Assembly: GCA_965261545.1 (NCBI GenBank)
Contig: CBDHDF010000004.1
Coordinates: forward strand, 131,105-195,104
Length of the DNA stretch: 64,000 bases
DNA from: Bdellovibrionales bacterium
GTDB taxonomy: Bacteria; Bdellovibrionota; Bdellovibrionia; Bdellovibrionales; UBA1609
Direction: 5' to 3'
The first letter of the stretch is position 1, and each line of letters begins with the position of its first letter. The position numbers and the translations under genes were made by a program. Below are positions 60,593 to 64,000 of this stretch, piece after piece. The notes under the pieces are model-generated. The model saw only the letters and a list, made by a program, of their open reading frames with translations. It searched no databases and had not been told where the DNA came from.

Positions 60593-60690
60593 GCCAGTTA
60601 TCCACAAAATTTATCCACAGCAGCACTGCGTTGCTAGACATCGGGGTCACAGCCGCAGTGTCGCCATGGATAAATTTATGGATAACTGGC
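60593..60690. repeat. Long imperfect inverted repeat containing DnaA-box-like 9-mers, inside the IS21 right arm
   Basis: Arms at 60593-60630 and 60654-60690; TTATCCACA at 60598 and 60611. Confidence 0.8.
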
Positions 60691-61077
60691 TTTTACCGTA
60701 CTATTTGCTCGTCACTCTCGCGGAGCTTTAGACATTAGCTGCGCCAAGGAATCCTGAAAAATACTCCATTTACCTCTGCCATAGGGCTGAAGGATGCATT
60801 TGGGGTCATGCCAAAAGTGGTGGGCAGAAAATCATTCCTCAGAATCTTGTGGCATAGTCCGAGTTAAATGATGAGCAAAATAAAGACACTTGACTAAACT
60901 CTGAACGAAGAATAACTAAATCAGTACATCATCAACTGGCCGTTTTTCATTGGCGACGGCTTCTAAAAATGGCCAATTTTAATTGGCGCCTAACAAATAG
61001 AGCATTGTGGGACTGAGACTGTTGTTTTCTTTTTTCTGAGGTTTTCTTTGGCGGCAATGTCAGTCTTTCAAGTTAAG

Positions 61078-61141
61078 AGGGTTTTAGATGGGTGGTTTAA
61101 AAAGATTATGGGCAAGTGAGCGGAGTTATCTGTTCATAAAT
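61078..61141 (+). repeat. 64-bp target-site duplication of IS1634 copy 3 (left copy)
   Basis: Identical to 63055-63118. Confidence 0.93.
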
Positions 61142-63054
61142 CCCGAGTTTGACAGCAGCATCTGCGTTAAAATGCGAAATTTCCAGAAATTGGGGTTGTA
61201 CTGAAATATAATGGTAGCTGCTGGAAAAATTAAAATTGACGTAAAAAAAGTGTAGAAAACAAAATAGGATTTTATCGTTTTAAATATTGATATATCATAG
61301 AAATATGTAGAAAATATCCTCATGTACATCCAAACGACTAAAAACTCAAAAGGTCAGTGCTACTACCACCTTGTGGAGTCCTACAGAGAAAAAGGCAAAT
61401 CCAAAAAACGCATGCTCATGTCCTTAGGTAAGGCTGGAGAAGGAGGAGAGGATAAGATTAATAGTTTGGCGCAGGCCGTATCCCGCCACCGAGAGCTTCT
61501 CACTGTGAGTCAATTGGCTAAGGAGCTTTACATCGAAGAGACTTTCATTTTGGGTCCCTTGCTGATTTTACAAAAGTTGTTTGATCAACTGGGTATCAAT
61601 AAGACCCTCAAAGACATAAAAGATTCTCATGAGAAAGTTCAATTTGATTTATGTAAGGTGATTTTTACCTTAGTTGCCACCCGATTTATTGCTCCTAGTT
61701 CCAAGTTAAAGGTTTTTGAGTATTGGCAAAAATCTTTTTACCCAGACATGATTAAGGGTGATTTGAGTCTCCAGCATATTTATCGGTCTATGGACTTACT
61801 TGCCTCCCATAAGGATGAAATAGAGAACTCGCTTTATTGGGTGGGGCGAGATTTATTTAATTTCCAAGTAGACATTGTGTTGTATGATTTAACAACCTTA
61901 CGCTTCGAGAGTACAAGAACAGACTTAGGGAAACTTCGTCAATTTGGCTATAGTAAAGAGAGACGATCAGACTGCACCCAAGTTGTCTTTGGTTTGTTGG
62001 TGAATCGGGATGGCATCCCTTTAGGTTTTGAGGTTTTCCCTGGTAATACTTTTGAAGGCAAGACGCTTTCAGATATTGTTGATAAAATGAGAAAAAAGTT
62101 TAATGTACGCCGTTTCATTTTTGTGGCTGATAGGGGGCTTTTATCAAAGGCTAATACTGACAAACTCAGTGAGGATCAAAGCGAGTTTATTGTTGGTATG
62201 AAGCTTGGATCTTTAAAAAAAGAAAAGAAACAAGAGGTCTATGATTTAAATCGTTTTAGCTGGGTATATGAGAATGAGCTTGCTGTTTACGAAACAGACC
62301 ATGGGGGGCATAGATGTATTGTGACTTGGTCTAGGAAAAGAGCAGAGAGAGATAAAAAATCTAGAGAATCCCTTCTTGAAAAGATCGAAGGAAAACTATC
62401 TTCTAAAGGTGTTCAGTCTAGTACTTTTGTTTCCAATAAAGGTTATAAGAAATATGTAAAGATGGCTGACGACAAAAATAAAAAACCTGAATTAAATGCA
62501 GAACAAATAGAATTAGATGAAAAAATTGATGGTTTTTTTGCCGTCCTTACAAATGTCAAAGACTTGACGGCAGATGAGATTATTATCAACTACAAAGAAT
62601 TGTGGAAAATTGAAGATGCTTTTGGTGAGTTAAAAGGGACTTTGAAAACACGTCCTGTTTTCCATTGGACAGACCAGAGGATTATTGGACATTTAACTCT
62701 ATGCTTTTTAACTTATCTTTGTGAGGCCCACCTTACAAAATGTTTAAGAGATAAGAAGATGAACCTAAAAAGCCCAGCCATAGGCATTGGTCATGTTAAA
62801 GAGCGACCTTTAACTGTTGTAGAGGCCATGAGGGAACTCAAGGAAGTTAGGGCTATCCCTGTTAAAATTCGTGATCAAGTCATTTGGACCCGCACAGATA
62901 TCACTGGCAATGCCAACTCCTTATTTAAAGCCGCAGGCGTCCCCATCCCTCCCAGAATCCTTAATGCCCACAAGTGTGGATAAACAAAATACAACTATAT
63001 GCGTTAATCCTTTAATATCATTCGTTTGACGCAGATGCTGCTGTCAAACTCGGG
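61142..63054 (+). mobile_element. IS1634-family element, copy 3 (1913 bp)
   Basis: Both 26-bp IRs are intact; flanked by a perfect 64-bp direct repeat. Confidence 0.94.
61322..62983 (+). CDS. IS1634-family DDE transposase
   Basis: One amino-acid difference from copies 1 and 2 (VATRF vs VASRF). Confidence 0.93.
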   Translation: MYIQTTKNSKGQCYYHLVESYREKGKSKKRMLMSLGKAGEGGEDKINSLAQAVSRHRELLTVSQLAKELYIEETFILGPLLILQKLFDQLGINKTLKDIKDSHEKVQFDLCKVIFTLVATRFIAPSSKLKVFEYWQKSFYPDMIKGDLSLQHIYRSMDLLASHKDEIENSLYWVGRDLFNFQVDIVLYDLTTLRFESTRTDLGKLRQFGYSKERRSDCTQVVFGLLVNRDGIPLGFEVFPGNTFEGKTLSDIVDKMRKKFNVRRFIFVADRGLLSKANTDKLSEDQSEFIVGMKLGSLKKEKKQEVYDLNRFSWVYENELAVYETDHGGHRCIVTWSRKRAERDKKSRESLLEKIEGKLSSKGVQSSTFVSNKGYKKYVKMADDKNKKPELNAEQIELDEKIDGFFAVLTNVKDLTADEIIINYKELWKIEDAFGELKGTLKTRPVFHWTDQRIIGHLTLCFLTYLCEAHLTKCLRDKKMNLKSPAIGIGHVKERPLTVVEAMRELKEVRAIPVKIRDQVIWTRTDITGNANSLFKAAGVPIPPRILNAHKCG

Positions 63055-63118
63055 AGGGTTTTAGATGGGTGGTTTAAAAAGATTATGGGCAAGTGAGCGG
63101 AGTTATCTGTTCATAAAT
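63055..63118 (+). repeat. 64-bp target-site duplication of IS1634 copy 3 (right copy)
   Basis: Identical to 61078-61141. Confidence 0.93.
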
Positions 63119-63318
63119 CATCAAGAAAAGATAAAAGGGGGTGGGTTCTCCGGTCAAGTCAAAAATTGGAAAGTCATCATTTTGAATCTTTTCCATGGCC
63201 CAATGGCTTCTTCAAAAACACTAAAATTCCCCTAACCTTCAAATTTCTCATAACTCTCGTTGGTCAAGTCTCGTGTGTTTATGTTAGTCTTTATCTTGTG
63301 GAGTTTCAGGATCTATTA

Positions 63319-63942
63319 ATGCTAAGTGAGTCGAAGCGAGATGCTGTTTGGGAAAATGATTTTTTAAATCAGTTTCCCAAGCAAAGTATCACTGCGGATT
63401 CCGGTGGAACTCGCATGGGCCCCGACCATTGGCCTTACTTATTTGTGCGTCACTATTTAGAATCCAAGGAACCTGTTCACCAAGTGTTTGATTGGCTGTC
63501 CAAACAAGGGGCGGGCTTAGCTTTGAATGCCCATAAGGAAGTGCCTGATTATGTTTTTACCTATGGAATGGTTTGGCATTTTAAAGAAACGGGTGTTTTC
63601 CAGTTGAATGTTGAAAAGAAGAGCCCCGACTCTGTGGTTTTTGAGGAAGGGCAAGAAATTATATCTGGCCCTCCAAGCCTTGAATACATCCCCCAGTATG
63701 CCAGAGATGTGTTTAAACAATTTTTTTCTGACCAAGGAGTGCATCACCCTCGTTGGATTATGGTAAGTGGTTGTGAAAATGACTATAATTTATGTTTTTC
63801 TGTGGAGTCCTTAGGGTGCCCCCCCCAAAGAGAACACCTCGGAGTTGTTGAATCCCTATCATGGTTTTTCCCCAATCATTTTTCTATTGTTCTCATTAGT
63901 GAAGAGCATCTTCCTTCTTTTTATGATTTGGATGAGCACTGA
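63319..63942 (+). CDS. Conserved hypothetical protein (start uncertain)
   Basis: Long open frame with globular composition (GPDHWPY, PDYVFTYGMVW). Confidence 0.65.
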   Translation: MLSESKRDAVWENDFLNQFPKQSITADSGGTRMGPDHWPYLFVRHYLESKEPVHQVFDWLSKQGAGLALNAHKEVPDYVFTYGMVWHFKETGVFQLNVEKKSPDSVVFEEGQEIISGPPSLEYIPQYARDVFKQFFSDQGVHHPRWIMVSGCENDYNLCFSVESLGCPPQREHLGVVESLSWFFPNHFSIVLISEEHLPSFYDLDEH

Positions 63943-64000
63943 TTTGCTACTCTCTTCCTGCGAAGAGTCGCACGAGTAGCCCGGCGGGCACTTTAATGCA

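Larger units (their letters stand above)
57750..60995 (+). mobile_element. IS21-family element (3246 bp)
   Basis: TGTTAG...CTAACA ends with repeated subterminal GTCGCCAAT(G/T)AAAA motifs; 5-bp TSD AATAG at 57745-57749 and 60996-61000; carries istA-istB. Confidence 0.92.
54217..61057 (-). pseudogene. Truncated Rpn/YhgA-like nuclease gene in three pieces (61001-61057, 57719-57749, 54217-54401), split by IS21 and group II intron A
   Basis: Removing the inserts gives one open 91-codon frame: ...SHNALFNETFLNERYCLDIFRLVLTTQEFKLFNWKTLKPEITVFTDEEGNERRIDLLFSVQVKG...RLFFCL*, which resembles the Rpn N-terminus. Confidence 0.72.

Noticed and set aside
60593..60690. Replication origin suggested by DnaA boxes
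   Set aside because: The boxes lie inside a TSD-bounded IS21 element, and there is no dnaA/dnaN or unwinding-element context.
55017..63054. Arrival of the block as one composite transposon
   Set aside because: Each IS1634 and the IS21 has its own separate TSD, which shows independent insertions.

Overview
Bacterial chromosome segment, very likely from a Bdellovibrionota lineage (dnaX-ybaB-recR-mglA with a Ser21 MglA, FQNC-type lipoproteins, csrA-fliW). Most of the window is housekeeping: holA, manC, rfaE2, trmB, ggt, tldD/pmbA, nadE, asnS, acyl-CoA carboxylase, divIVA, priA, ruvCAB, efp, SRP RNA, nadA and tRNA-Val. The main discovery is a nested mobile-element stack at 54.2-63.1 kb. A truncated Rpn/YhgA-like gene is split by an ORF-less RmInt1-like group II intron (A). 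That intron holds an IS1634 whose 130-bp target duplication copies domains IV-VI, which could place the IS inside domain IV. One inverted repeat of that IS1634 is in turn split exactly by a second ORF-less group II intron (B), whose EBS sites match the repeat. An IS21 and a third IS1634 lie within about 110 bp of original host sequence. Other notable items: a transposase-less, TIR-bounded ParA cassette with an 8-bp TSD; an IS1634 without a TSD that joins a flgM fragment to an unrelated gene fragment; a cluster of three vWA/thrombospondin-3-like lipoproteins; and many micro-duplications. All calls were made by eye from the sequence, with no database searches.
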